Below, one piece after another: positions 44,867-61,100 of a stretch of 64,000 nucleotides of DNA; positions within the stretch are counted from its first letter, which is position 1; every line of letters starts with the position of its first letter. Source of the DNA: the human T2T-CHM13v2.0 reference genome, Homo sapiens. The notes below the pieces were generated by a model. It was not told the origin of the DNA. It saw only the letters and a program-made list of their open reading frames with translations, and made no database searches. The stretch lies in the NCBI RefSeq assembly GCF_009914755.1, contig NC_060928.1, one strand, 5' to 3'. Position numbers and translations under genes: made by a program.

Positions 44867-45698
44867 TTTGGGTGCTTTCATATTTTATGTACAGTATATA
44901 ATACATACTAAGGGCACTTTGATATTTTATGTACAGTATATAATACATACTTTGGGTACTTTGAAATTTTATGTACGTCATATAATATATAGTTTGGGTA
45001 CTTTGATATTTTATGTACAGTATATAATACATACCTTGGGTACTTTGATATTTTATGTACAGTATATAATATATAGTTTGGGTATTTTGATATTTTATGT
45101 ACAGTATATAATACATACTTTGGGTACTTTGATATTTTATGTACAGTATATAATACATACTTTGGGAAATTTGATATTTTATGTACAGTATGTAAAACAT
45201 ACTTTGGGTACTTTGATATTTTATGTACAGGATATAATGCATACTTTGGGTACTTTGATAGTTTATGTACAGTCTATAATACATACTTTGGGTACTTTGA
45301 TATTTTATGTATAGTATAAAATATATAGTTTGGGTACTTTGATATTTTATGTACAGTATGTAAAAGATACTTTGGGGAGTTTGATATTGTATGTACAGTA
45401 TGTAAAACATACTTTGGGGAGTTTGATATTTTATGAACAGTATATAATACACATTTTGTGTACTTTGATATTTTGTGTACAGTATATAATACATACTTTG
45501 GGTACTTTGATATTTTATGTACAGTATATATTACATACTTTGGGTACTTTGATATTTTATGTACAGTATACAATATATAGTTTGAGTACTTTGATATTTT
45601 ATGTACTGTATAAAATATATAGTTTTGGTACTTTGATATTTTATGTACAGTATATAGTTTGAGTACTTTGATATTTTATGTACAGTTTGTTATAAATA
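44867..45698 (+). repeat. Block family C (variable, about 330-830 bp, longer when fused); example copy
   Basis: Markers ACTAAGGGCAC, GTACGTCAT, ACCTTGGG and GTATGTAAAACATACTTTGGGGAG. Heads at 2979, 4845, 9196, 11766, 20179, 22667, 30640, 36139, 38829, 44868, 54341 and 54837. Confidence 0.8.
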
Positions 45699-48519
45699 TT
45701 TTGGTGCTTTCATATTTTATGTACTGTATATAATACATGCTTTGGGCACTTTGATATTTTATGTACAGTATATAATACATACTTTGTGTACTCTGATATT
45801 TTATGTACAGTGTATAATACATACTTTGGGTACTTTGATATTTTATGTACAGTATATAATACATACATTGGGTACTTTGATATATTATGTACAGTATATA
45901 ATACTTACTTGGGGTACTTTGATATTTTATGTACAGTATATAATACATAGTTTGTGTACTTTGATATTTTATGTACAGTATATAATACATACTTTGGGTA
46001 CTTTGATATTTTATGTACAGTATATAGTACATACTTTGGGTATCTTGATATTTTATGTACAGTATATAATGCATACTTTGCGTACTTTGATATTTTATGT
46101 ACAGTATATAATGCATACTTTGGGTACTTTGATATTTTATGTACAGTATGTAATACATACTTTGGGTACTTTGATATTTTATGTATAGTATATAATACAT
46201 ACTTTGTGTAGTTTGATATTTTATGTACAGTATACAATATATAGTTTGAGTACTTTGTTATTTTATGTGCAGTATAAAATATATAGTTTTCGTAATTGAT
46301 ATTTTATGTACAGAATATAGTTTGAGTACTTTGATATTTTATGTACACTTTATTATAAATGTTTGGGTACTTTCCTATTTTATGTACAGTATATAATACA
46401 TACTTTGGTCTCTTTGATGTTTTATGTACAGTATATAATACATACTTTGGGTTCTTTGATATTTTATGTGCAGAATATAATGCATAGTTTTAGGTACTTT
46501 TATATTTTATGTACAGTATATAATACATACTTTGGGTACTTTGATATTTTATGTACAGTATATAATACATACTTTGGGTACTTTGATATTTTATGTACAG
46601 TATATAATACATACTTTGGGTACTTTCATATTTCATGTACAGTTTATAATATATAGTTTGGGTACTTTGGTATATTATGTACTGTATATAATACATACTT
46701 TGGGTACTTTGATATTTTATGTACAGTATATAATACATACTTTGGGTACTTTGATATTTTATGTACAGTATAAAATATATACTTTGACTACTTTGATATT
46801 TTATGTCCAGTATAGAATATATATTTTTGGTACTTTGATATTTTATGTACAGTATATAGTTTGAGTACATTGATATTTTATGTACACTTTATTATAAATG
46901 TTTGGATACTTTCATATTTTATGTACAGTATATAATACATACTTTGGGCACTTTGATATTTTATGTACAGTATACAATACATACTTTGGGTACTTTGATA
47001 TTTTATGTACAGTATATAATACATAATTTGGGTACTTTGATATTTTATGTACAGTATATAATGCATACTTTGGGTATTTTGATGTTTTATGTACAGTATA
47101 TAATACATACTTAGGGTACTTTGACATTTTATGTGCAGTACATAATACATACTTTGGATACTTTGTTATTTTAAATACAGTATGTAATACATATTTTGGG
47201 TACTTTGATATTTTATGTACAGTATATAATACATACTTTGGTACTTTTATATTTCATGTACAGTATAAAATATATAGTTTGGGTACTTTGATATTTTATG
47301 TACACTATATAATACATAGTTTGGGTATTTTGATATTTTATGTACAGTATATAATACATACTTTGTGTACTTTGATATTTTATGTACAGTATATAATATA
47401 TAGTTTGGGTACTTTGATATTTTATGTGTAGTATATAACACATACTTTCGGTAGTTGGATATTTTATGTACAGTATATAATACATACTTTGGGTACTTCG
47501 ATATTTGATGTACAGTATACTATACATAGTTTGGGTACTTTGATATTTTATGTCGGGTATAAAATAAATAGTTTTGGTATTTAGATATTTTATGTACAGT
47601 ATATAGTTTGAGTACTTTGATATTTTATGTACAGTTTATTATAAATGGGTGCTTTCATATTTTATGTACAGTATATAATACATACTATGGGCACTTTGAT
47701 ATTTTATGTACAGTATATAATACATACTTTGGGTACTTTGATATTTTATGTACACTACATAATACATACTTTGGGTACTTTGATATTTTATGTACAGTAC
47801 ATAATATATAGTTTGGGTACTTTGATATTTTATGTGTAGTATATAACACATACTTTCGGTACTTGGATATTTTATGTACAGTATATAATACATAATTTGG
47901 GTACTTCCATATTTTATGTACAGTATGCTATATATAGTTTGGGTACTTTGATATTTTATGTCCAGTATAAAATAAAAAGTTTTGGTAATTCGATATTTTA
48001 TGTACAGTGTATCGTTTGAGTACTTTGATATTTAATGTACAGTTTATTATAAATGTTCGGGTGCTTTCATATTTTATGTACAGTATATAATACATACTTT
48101 GAGCACTTTGATATTTTATGTACAGTATATAATACATACTTTGGGTAATTTGATATTTTATGTACAGTATATAATACATACATTGGGTACTTTGATATTT
48201 TACGTACAGTATATAATATATAGTTAGGGTACTTTGATATTTTATATACACTATATAATATATATTATGTATACTTTGATATATTATGTACAGTATATAA
48301 TATATAGTTTGGGTAATTTGATATTTTATGTACAGTATACAATATATAGTATTGGTACTTTGATATTTCATGTAAAGTATATAGTTTGAGTACTTTGATA
48401 TTTTATATACAATTTATTATAAATGTTTGGGTACCTTCCTATTTTATGTACAGTATATAATACATACTTTGGGAACTTTTATTTTATGTGCAGTATATAA
48501 TACATACTTTGGGTACTTT

Positions 48520-51080
48520 GATATTTTATGTATGGTATATAATACACACTTTGGGTACTTTGATATTTTATGTACAGTATATAATACACACTTTGGGTAC
48601 TTTGATATTTTATGTACAGTATATAATACATACTTTGGGAACTTTGATGTATTATGTACAGTATATAATACATACTTTGGGTACTTTGATATTTTATGTA
48701 CAGTATATAATACATACTTTGAGTACTTTGATATTTTATGTACAGTATATAATACATACTTTGGGTACTTTAATATTTTATGTATAGTATATAATACCTA
48801 CTTTGGGTACTTTGATATTTTGTGGAAAGTATATAATACATGCTTTGGGTAAGTTGATATTTTATGTACAGTATATAATATATAGTTTGGGTACTTTGAT
48901 AATTTATATACAGTATATAATACATACTTTGTGTACTTTGATATTTTTTGTACAGTATATAAAACATACTTTGGGGAGTTTGATATTGTATGAACAGTAT
49001 ATAATACACATTTTGGGTACTTTGTTATTTTATGTACAGTATATAATACATACTTTGGGTACTTTGATATTTTACGTGCAGTATATAATACATACGTTGG
49101 GTACTTTGATATTTTATGTACAGTATATAATACATACATTGGGTACTTCGATATTTTATGTGCAGTACCGTATATATAGTTTGGGTATTTTGATATTTTA
49201 TGTCCAGTATAAAATAAATAGTTTTGTTACTTTGATATTTTATGTACAGTTTATAGTTTGAGTACTTTGATATTTAATGTTCAGTTTATTATAAATGTTT
49301 GGGTGCTTTCATATTTTATATACAGTATATAATACATACTTTGGGCACCTTGATATTTTATGTACAGTGTATAATACATACTTTGGGTACTTTGATATTT
49401 TATGTACGGTATATAATACATACATTGGGTACTTTGATATTTTATGTACAGTATATAATATATACTTTGGGTACTTTGATATTTTATATAGAGTATATAA
49501 TATATATTATGTGTACTTTGATATATTCTGTGCAGTATATAATATATAGTTTGGGTTGTTTGATATTTTATGTACAGTATATAATATATAGTTTGGGTAG
49601 TTTGATATTTTAAGTACAGTATGTAATATATAGTTTGTGTTATTTGATATTTTATGTACAGTATACAATATATAGTACTGGTACTTTGATATTTCATGTA
49701 AAGTATATAGTTTGAGTACTTTGATATTTTATATACAGTTTATTATAAATGTTTGGGTACCTTCATATTTTATGTACAGTATATAATACATACTTTGGGA
49801 ACTTTTATTTTATGTGCAGTATATAATACATACTTTGGGTACTTTGATATTTTATGTACAGTATATAATACACACTTTGGGTACTTTGATATTTTATGTA
49901 CAGTATATAATACACACTTTGGGTACTTTGATATTTTATGTACAGTATATAATACACACTTTGGGTACTTTGATATTTTATGTACAGTATATAATACATA
50001 CTTTGGGTAATTTGATGTATTATGTACAGTATATAATACATACTTTGGGTACTTTGATATTTACGTACAGTATATAATACATACTTTGGGTACTTTGATA
50101 TTTTATGTACAGTATGTAATACATAATTTGGGTACTTTTATATTTTATGTATAGTATATAATACTTACTTTGGGTACTTTGATATTTTATGGACAGTGTA
50201 TAATACATACTTTGGGTACTTTGATATTTTATGTACAGTATATAACATATAGTTTGGGTAATTTGATATTTTATATACAGTATATAATACATACTTTGGG
50301 TACTTTGATATTTTATGTACAGTATATAATACATACTTTGGGTACTTTGATATTTCATGCACAGTATACAATATATAGTTTGAGTAGTTTGATATTTTAT
50401 GTACTGTATAAAATATATAGTTTTGGTACTTTGATATTTTATGTACAGTATATAGTTTGAGTACCTTGATATTTTATGTACAGTTTGTTATAAATGTTTG
50501 GGTGCTTTCATATTTTATGTACAGTATATAATACATACTTTGGGCACTTTGATATCTTATGTACAGTATATAATACATACTTTGGGTTCTCTGATATTTT
50601 CTGTACAGTGTATAATACATACTTTGGGTACTTTGATATTTTATGTACAATATATAATACATACGTTGGGAACTTTGATATATTATGTACAGTATATAAT
50701 ACATACTTTGGGTACTTTGATATTTTATCTACAGTATACAACACATAGTTTGTGTACTTTGATATTTTATGTACAGTATATAATACATACTTTGGGTACT
50801 TTGATATTTTATGTACAGTACATAATACATACTTTGGGTACTTTCATATTTTATGTACAGTATATAATATATAGTTTGGTTACTTTGATATTTTATCTAC
50901 AGTTTATAATACATACTTTGGATACTTTGAAACTTTATGTACAGTATATAATACGTACTTTGGGTACTTTGATATTTTATGTACAGTATAAAATATATAG
51001 TTTGAGTACTTTAATATTTTATGTGCAGTATAAAATATATAGATTTGGTACTTTCATATTTTATGTACAGTATATAGTTT
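48520..51080 (+). repeat. Copy of about 42690-44830 (offset 5833, then 6252)
   Basis: Private monomer GATATTTTGTGGAAAGTATATAATACATGCTTTGGGTAAG at about 42981 and 48814. Matching heads 43466/49299, 43920/49753 and 44246/50498. Confidence 0.87.
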
Positions 51081-54000
51081 GAGTACTTTGATATTTTATG
51101 TACAGTATATAATACATACTTTGGGTACTTTGATATTTTATGTACAGTATATAATACATACTTTGGGTATCTTGATATTTTATGTACAGTATATAGTTTG
51201 AGTACTTTGATATTTAATGTACAGTTTATTATAAATGTTTGGGTGCTTTCATATTTTATATACAGTATATAATACATACTTTGGGCACTTTGATATTTTC
51301 TGTACAGTATATATTACATACTTTGGGTACTTTGATATTTTATGTACAGTATACAATATATAGTTTGAGTACTTTGATATTTTATGTACTGTATAAAATA
51401 TATAGTTTTGGTACTTTGATATTTTATGTACAGTATATAGATTGAGTACTTTGATATTTTATGTACAGTTTGTTATAAATGTTTGGGTGCTTTCATATTT
51501 TATGTACTGTATATAATACATGCTTTGGGCACTTTGATATTTTATGTACAGTATATAATACATACTTTGGGTACTCTGATATTTTATGTATAGTGTATAA
51601 TACATACTTTGGGTACTTTGATATTTTATGTACAGTATATAATACATACATTGGGTACTTTGATATATTATGTACAGTATATAATACTTACTTGGGGTAC
51701 TTTGATATTTTATGTACAGTATATAATACATAGTTTGTGTACTTTGATATTTTATGTACAGTATATAATACATACTTTGGGTACTTTGATATTTTATGTA
51801 CAGTATATAATACATACTTTGGGTATTTTGACATTTTATGTACAGTATATAATGCATACTTTGGGTACTTTGATATTTTATGTACAGTATATAATGCATA
51901 CTTTGGGTACTTTGATATTTTATGTACAGTATGTAATACATACTTTGGGTACTTTGATATTTTATGTATAGTATATAATACATACTTTGTGTAGTTTGAT
52001 ATTTTATGTACAGTATACAATATATAGTTTGAGTACTTTGTTATTTTATGTCCAGTATAAAATATATAGTTTTTGTAATTGATATTTTATGTACAGAATA
52101 TAGTTTGAGTACTTTGATATTTTATGTACACTTTATTATAAATGTTTGGGTACTTTCATATTTTATGTACAGTATATAATACATACATTGGTCTCTTTGA
52201 TGTTTTATGTACAGTATATAATACATACTTTGTGTTCTTTGATATTTTATGGACAGAATATAATGCATAGTATTAGGTACTTTTATATTTTATGTACAGT
52301 ATATAATACATACTTTGGGTACTTTGATATTTTATGTACAGTATATAATACATACTTTGGGAACTTTGATATTTTATGTACAGTATGTAATACATACTTT
52401 GGGTACTTTGATATTTTATGTACACTATATAATACATACTATTGGTACTTTGATATTTTATGTACAGTATACAATATATAGTTTGAGTACTTTGATATTT
52501 TATGTCCAGTATAAAATATATAGATTTCATACTTTGATATTTTATGTACTGAATGTAGTTTGAGTACTTTGATATTTTATGTACACTTTATTATAAAAGT
52601 TTGGGTACTTTCATATTTTACGTACAGTATATAATACATACTTTGGGCACTTTGATGTTTTATGTACAGTATATAATACATACTTTGGGTTCTTTGATAT
52701 TTTATGTACAGCATATAATACATAATTTGGGGACTTTTATATTTTATGTACATTATATTATACATACTTTGGGTACTTTTATATTTTATGTACGGTATAT
52801 AATACATACTTTGGGTACTTTGATATATTATGCACAGTATATAATACATACCTTGGGTACTTTGATATATTATGTACAGTATATAATACATACTAAGGGT
52901 ACTTTGACATTTTATGTACAGCACATAATACATATTTTGGGAACTTTGATATTTTATGTACAGTATATAATGCATACTTTGGATACTTTGATATTTTATG
53001 TACAGTATATAATACATATTTTGGGTACTTTGATATTTTATGTACAGTATGTAATACATAATTTGGGTAATTTAATATTTTATTTATAGTATATAATACA
53101 TACTTTGGGTACTTTGATATTTTATGGACAGTGTATAATACATACTTTTGGTATTCTGATATTTTATGTACAGTGTATAATATATAGTTTGGGTACTTTG
53201 GTATTTTATATACAGTATATAATACATACTTTGGGTACTTTGATATTTTATGTACAGTATATAATACATACTTTGGGTACTTTGATATTTTATGTACAGT
53301 ATATAATACATACTTTGGGTACTTTGATATTTTATGCACAGTATACAATATATAGTTTGAGTACTTTGATATTTTATGTACTGTATAAAGTATATAGTTT
53401 TGGTACTTTGATATTTTATGTACAGTATATAGTTTGAGTACTTTGATATTTTATGTACAGTTTGTTAAAAATGTTTGGGTGCTTTCATATTTTATGTACA
53501 GTATATAATACATACTTTGGGCACTTTGATATCTTATGTACAGTATATAATACATACTTTGGGTACTTTTATATTTTATGTACAGTATATAATATATAGT
53601 TTGAGTACTTTGATATTTTAGGTACTGTATAAAATATATAGTTTTCGTACTTTGATATTTTATGTACAGTATATAGTTTGAGTACTTTGATATTTTATGT
53701 ACAGTTTTTTATAAATGTTTGGGTGCTTTCATGTTTTATGTACAGTATATAATACATACAAAGGGCAGTTTGATATTTTATGTACAGTATATAATACATA
53801 CTTTGGGTACTCTGATATTTTATGTACTGTGTATAATGCATACTTTGGGTACTTTGATATTTTATGTACAATATATAATACATACGTTGGGAACTTTGAT
53901 ATATTATGTACAGTATATAATACATACTTTGGGTACTTTGATATTTTATCTACAGTATACAACACATAGTTTGTGTACTTTGATATTTTATGTACAGTAT

Positions 54001-54169
54001 ATAATACATACTTTGGGTACTTTGATATTTTATATACAGTATATAATACATACTTTGGGTACTTTCATATTTTATGTACAGTATATAATATATAGTTTGG
54101 GTACTTTGATATTTTATCTACAGCTTATAATACATACATTGGGTACTTCGATATTTTATGTACAGTATA

Positions 54170-55160
54170 TAATACATACTTTGGGTAGTTTGATATTTTA
54201 TGTACAGTATACAATATATAGCTTGAGTACTTTGATATTTTATGTGCAGTATAAAATATATAGTTTTGGTACTTTCATATTTTATGTACAGTATATAGTT
54301 TGAGTACTTTGATATTTTATGTACAGTTTTTTATAAATGATTGTGTGCTTTCATATTTTATGTACAGTATATAATACATACTAAGGGCACTTTGATATTT
54401 TATGTACAGTATATAATACATACTTTGGGTACTTTTATATTTTATGTACAGTATATAATACATACTTTGGGTACTTTGATATTTTATGTACACTGTATAA
54501 TACACACTTTGCGTACTTTGATATTTTATGTAAAGTATGTAATACATACTTTGGGTAGTTTGATATTTTATGTACAGTATATAATACATACCTTGGGTAC
54601 TTTGATATTTTATGTACAGTATATAATATATAGTTTGGGTATTTTGATATTTTATGTACGGTATATAATACATACTTTGGGTAGTTTGATATTTTATGTA
54701 CAGTATACAATATATAGCTTGAGTACTTTGATATTTTATGTGCAGTATAAAATATATAGTTTTGGTACTTTCATATTTTATGTACAGTATATAGTTTGAG
54801 TACTTTGATATTTTATGTACAGTTTTTTATAAATGATTGTGTGCTTTCATATTTTATGTACAGTATATAATACATACTAAGGGCACTTTGATATTTTATG
54901 TACAGTATATAATACATACTTTGGGTACTTTTATATTTTATGTACAGTATATAATACATACTTTGGGTACTTTGATATTTTATGTACAGTATATAATACA
55001 CACTTTGCGTACTTTGATATTTTATGTAAAGTATGTAATACATACTTTGGGTAGTTTGATATTTTATGTACAGTATATAATACATACCTTGGGTACTTTG
55101 ATATTTTATGTACAGTATATAATATATAGTTTGGGTATTTTGATATTTTATGTACGGTAT
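54170..55160 (+). repeat. Direct tandem duplication of a 496-bp (12-monomer) unit
   Basis: Private variants TATAGCTTGAG (G at 54221 and 54717) and AAATGATTGTGTGC (heads 54341 and 54837) are exactly 496 bp apart and were not seen elsewhere. Confidence 0.88.
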
Positions 55161-58100
55161 ATAATACATAATTTGGGTACTTTGATATTTTATGTACAGT
55201 ATATAATACATACTTTGGGAACTTTGATAGTTTATGTACAGGATATAATGCATACTTTGGGTACTTTGATATTTTATGTATAGTATAAAATATATAGTTT
55301 GGGTAGTTTGATATTTTAAGTATAGTATATGATACATACTTTGGGTACTTAGATATTTTATCTACAGTGTATAATAAACACTATTGGTACTTTGATATAT
55401 TATGTACAATATATAATACATACTTTGGGTACTTTGATATTTTATGTACAGTATATAATACATACTTTGGGTACTTTGATATTTTATGTACAGTATGTAA
55501 TACATACATTGGGTACTTTCATATTTCATGTACACTATATAATATATAGTTTGGGTACTTTGGTATATTATGTACTGTATATAATACATACTTTGAGTAC
55601 TTTGATATTTTATATACAGTATATAATACATACTTTGTGTACTTTGATATTTTATGTACAGTATACAATATATACTTTGTGTACTTTGATATTTTATGTC
55701 CAGTATAGAATATATAGTTTTGGTAGTTTGATATTTTATGTACAGTATATAGTTTGAGTACTTTCACATTTTATGTACAGTTTATTATAAATGTTTGGGT
55801 GTTTTCATATTTTATGTACTGTATATAATACATACATTGGGCACTTTGATATATTATGTACAGTATATAATACATACTTTGGGTAGTCTGATATTTTATG
55901 TACAGTATATAATACACACTTTGGGTACTTTGATATTTTATGTACAGGATATAATGCATACTTTGGGTACTTTGATAGTTTATGTACAGTATATAATACA
56001 TACTTTGGGTACTTTGATATTTTATGTATAGTATAAAATATACAGTTTGGGTACTTTGATATTTTATGTACAGTATGTAAAACATACTTTGGGGAGTTTG
56101 ATATTTTATGTACAGTATGTAAAACATACTTTGGGGAGTTTGATATTTTATGAACAGTATATAATACACATTTTGTGTACTTTGATATTTTTTGTACAGT
56201 ATGCAATATATAGTTTGAGTACTTTGATATTTTATATACTGTATAAAATATATAGTTTTGGTACTTTGAGATTTTAAGTACAGTATATACTTTGAGTAAT
56301 TTGATATTTTATGTACAGTTTATTATAAATGTTTGGGTAGTTTCATATTTGATGTACAGTATATAATACATAATTTGGGCACTTTGATATTTTATGTACA
56401 GTATATAATACATACCTTGGGTACTTATATATTTTATGTACAGTATATAATACATACTTAGGGTACTTTGATATTTAATGTACAGTATATAATGCACACT
56501 TTGCGTACTGTGATATTTTATGTAAAGTATGTAATACATACTTTGGGTAGTTTTATATTTTATGTACAGTATGTAATACACACTTTGGGTACTTTGATAT
56601 TTTATGTAGAGTATGTAAAAAATACTTTGGGTAGTTTGATATTTTATGATCAGTATATAATACACATTTTGGGTACTTTGATATTTTATGTACAGTGTAT
56701 AATGCATACTTTGGGTACTTTGATATTTTATGTACAGGATATAATGCATACTTTGGGTACTTTGATAGTTTATGTATAGTATATAATACATACTATGGGT
56801 ACTTTGATATTTTATGTATAGTATAAAATATATAGTTTGGGTAGCTTGATATTTTATGTACAGTATGTAAAACATACTTTGGGGAGTTTGATATTTTATG
56901 TACAGTATGTAAAACATACTTTGGGGAGTTTGATATTTTATGAACAGTATATAATACACATTTTGTGTGCTTTGATATTTTATGTACAGTATATAATACA
57001 TACTTTGGGTACTTTGATATTTTATGTACAGTATATATTACATACTTTGGGTACTTTGATATTTTATGTACAGTATACAATATATAGTTTGAGTACTTTG
57101 ATATTTTATGTACTGTATAAAATATATAGTTTTGGTACTTTGATATTTTATGTACAATATATAGTTTGAGTACTTTGATATTTTATGTACAGTTTGTTAT
57201 AAATGTTTGGGTGCTTTCATATTTTATGTACTGTACATAATACATGCTTTGGGCACTTTGATATTTTATGTACAGTATATAATACATACTTTGGGTAATC
57301 TGATATTTTATGTACAGTGTATAATACATACTTTGGGTACTTTGATATTTTATGTACAGTATATAATACATACATTGGGTACTTTGATATATTATGTACA
57401 GTATATAATACTTACTTGGGGTACTTTGATATTTTATGTACTGTATATAATACATAGTTTGTGTACTTTGATATTTTATGTACAGTATATAATACATACT
57501 TTGGGAACTTTGATATTTTATGTACAGTATATAATACATACTTTGGGTATCTTGACATTTTATGTACAGTATATAATGCATACTTTGGGTACTTTGATAT
57601 TTTATGTACAGTATATAATGCGTACTTTGGTTACTTTGATATTTTATGTACAGTATGTAATACATACTTTGGGTACTTTGATATTTTATGTATAGTATAT
57701 AATACATACTTTGTGTAGTTTGATATTTTATGTACAGTATACAATATATAGTTTGAGTACTTTGTTATTTTATGTCCAGTATAAAATATATAGTTTTCGT
57801 AATTGATATTTTATGTACAGAATATAGTTTGAGTACTTTGATATTTTATGTACACTTTATTATAAATGTTTGGGTACTTTCAGATTTTATGTACAGTATA
57901 TAATACATACATTGGTCTCTTTGATGTTTTATGTACAGTATATAATACATACTTTGGGTTCTTTGATATTTTATGTACAGAATATAATGCATAGTATTTG
58001 GTACTTTTATATTTTATGTACAGTATATAATACATACTTTGGGTACTTTGATATTTTATGTACAGTATATAATACATACTTTGGGAACTTTGATATTTTA

Positions 58101-61100
58101 TGTACAGTATGTAATACATACTTTGGGTACTTTGATATTTTATGTACAGTATATAATACATACTATTGGTACTTTGATATTTTATGTACAGTATACAATA
58201 TATAGTTTGAGTACTTTGATATTTTATGTCCAGTATAAAATATATAGATTTCATAGTTTGATATTTTATGTACTGAATGTAGTTTGAGTACTTTGATATT
58301 TTATGTACACTTTATTATAAAAGTTTGGGTACTTTCATATTTTACGTACAGTATATAATACATACTTTGGGCACTTTTATGTTTTATGTACAGTATATAA
58401 TACATACTTTGGGTTCTTTGATATTTTATGTACAGCATATAATACATAATTTGGGGACTTTTATATTTTATGTACATTATATTATACATACTTTGGGTAC
58501 TTTTATATTTTATGTACGGTATATAATACATACTTTGGGTACTTTGATATATTATGTACAGTATATAATACATACTTTGGGTACTTTGATATATTATGTA
58601 CTGTATATAATACATACTAAGGGTACTTTGACATTTTATGTACAGTACATAATACATACTTTGGGTACTTTGATATTTTATGTACAGTATATAATGCATA
58701 CTTTGGATACTTTGATATTTTATGTACTGTATATAATACATACTTTGGGTACTTTGATATTTTATGTACAGTATGTAATACATAATTTGGGTAATTTAAT
58801 ATTTTATTTATAGTATATAATACATACTTTGGGTACCTTGATATTTTATGGACAGTGTATAATACATACTTTGGGTACTCTGATATTTTATGTACAGTGT
58901 ATAATATATAGTTTGGGTACTTTGATAATTTATGTGCAGTATATAGTTTGAGTACTTTGATATTTTATGTACAGTTTATTATCAATGTTTGGTTACTTTC
59001 ACATTTTATGTACAGTATATAATACATAATTTGGGCACTTTGATATTTTATGTACAGTATATAATACATACTTTGGGTACTTTTGTATTTTATGTACAGT
59101 ATATAATACATAGTTTGGGTACTTTGATATTTAATGTATAGTATATAATACACACTTTGCGTACTTTGATATTTTATGTAAAGTATGTAATACATACTTT
59201 GGGTACTTTGATATTTTATGTACACTATGTAATACACACTTTGGGTACTTTGATATGTTATGTACAGTATGTAAAACATACTTTGGGTAGTTTGGTATTT
59301 TATGATCAGTATATAATACATATTTTGGGTACTTTGATATTTTATGTACAGTATATAATACATACTTTGGGTACTTTGATAGTTTATGTACAGTATATAA
59401 TGCATAATTTGGATACTTTTATAGTTTATGCACAGTATATAATACATACTTTGGGTACTTTGATATTTTATCTACAGTATATAATGCATACTTTGGGTAC
59501 TTTGATAGATTATGTACAGTATACAATACATACTTTGGGTACTTTGATATTTTATGTACAGTATATAATATGTAGTTTGGGTACTTTGATATTTTAACTA
59601 CAGTATATAATACATACTTTGGGTACTTTGATATTTTATCTACAGTATATAATACATACTTTGGGTACTTTGACATATCATGTACAGTATATAATACATA
59701 GTTTGGGTACTTTGGTATTTTTTGTACAGTATGTAAAACATAATTTGGGGAGTTTGATATTTTATGAACAGTATATAATACACATTTTGGGTACTTTGAT
59801 ATTTTATGTACAGTATATAATACATACTTTGGGTACTTTGATATTTTATGTACAGTATATAATACATACTTTGGGTACTTTGATATTTTATGTACAGTAT
59901 ATAATACATACATTGGGTACTTCGATATTTTATGTGCAGTACACTATATATAGTTTGGGTACTTTGATATTTTATGTCCAGTATAAAATAAATAGTTTTG
60001 GTACTTTGATATTTTATGTACAGTATATAGTTTGAGTACTTTGATATTTAATGTACAGTTTATTATAAATGTTTGGGTGCTTTCATATTTTATATACAGT
60101 ATATAATACAAACTTTGGGCACTTTGATATTTTATGTACAGTATATAATACATTCTTTGGGTACTTTCATATTTTATGTACGGTATATAATACATACATT
60201 GGGTACTTTGATATTTTATGTACAGTATATAATATATAGTTTGGGTACTTTGATATTTTATATACAGTATATAATATATATTATGTGTACTTTGATATAT
60301 TATGTACAGTATATAATATATAGTTTGGGTTGTTTGATATTTTATGTACAGTATATAATATATAGTTTGGGTAGTTTGATATTTTAAGTAGAGTTTGTAA
60401 TATATACTTTGTGTAATTTAATATTTTATGTACAGTATACAATATATAGTATTGGTACTTTGATATTTCATGTAAAGTATATAGTTTGAGTACTTTGATA
60501 TTTTATATAGAGTTTATTATAAAAGTTTGGGTACCTTCATATTTTATGTACAGTATATAATACATACTTTGGGAACTTTTATTTTATGTGCAGTATATAA
60601 TACATACTTTGGGTACTTTGATATTTTATGTGCAGTATATAATACACACTTTGGGGACTTTGATATTTTATGTACAGTATATAATACACACTTTGGGTAC
60701 TTTGATATTTTATGTACAGTATATAATACATACTTGGGTACTTTGATATTTTTTGTACAGTATATAATACATACTTTGGGTACTTTAATATTTTATGTAT
60801 AGTATATAATACATACTTTGTGTAGTTTGATATTTTATGTACAGTATACAATATATAGTTTGAGTACTTTGATATTTTATGTCCAGTATAAAATATATAG
60901 TTTTCCTAATTGATATTTTATGTACAGAATATAGTTTGAGTACTTTGATATTTTATGTACACTTTATTATAAATGTTTGGGTACTTTCATATTTTATGTA
61001 CAGTATATAATACATACTTTGGTCTCTTTGATGTTTTATGTACAGTATATAATACATACTTTGGGTTCTTTGATATTTTATGTGCAGAATATAATGCATA

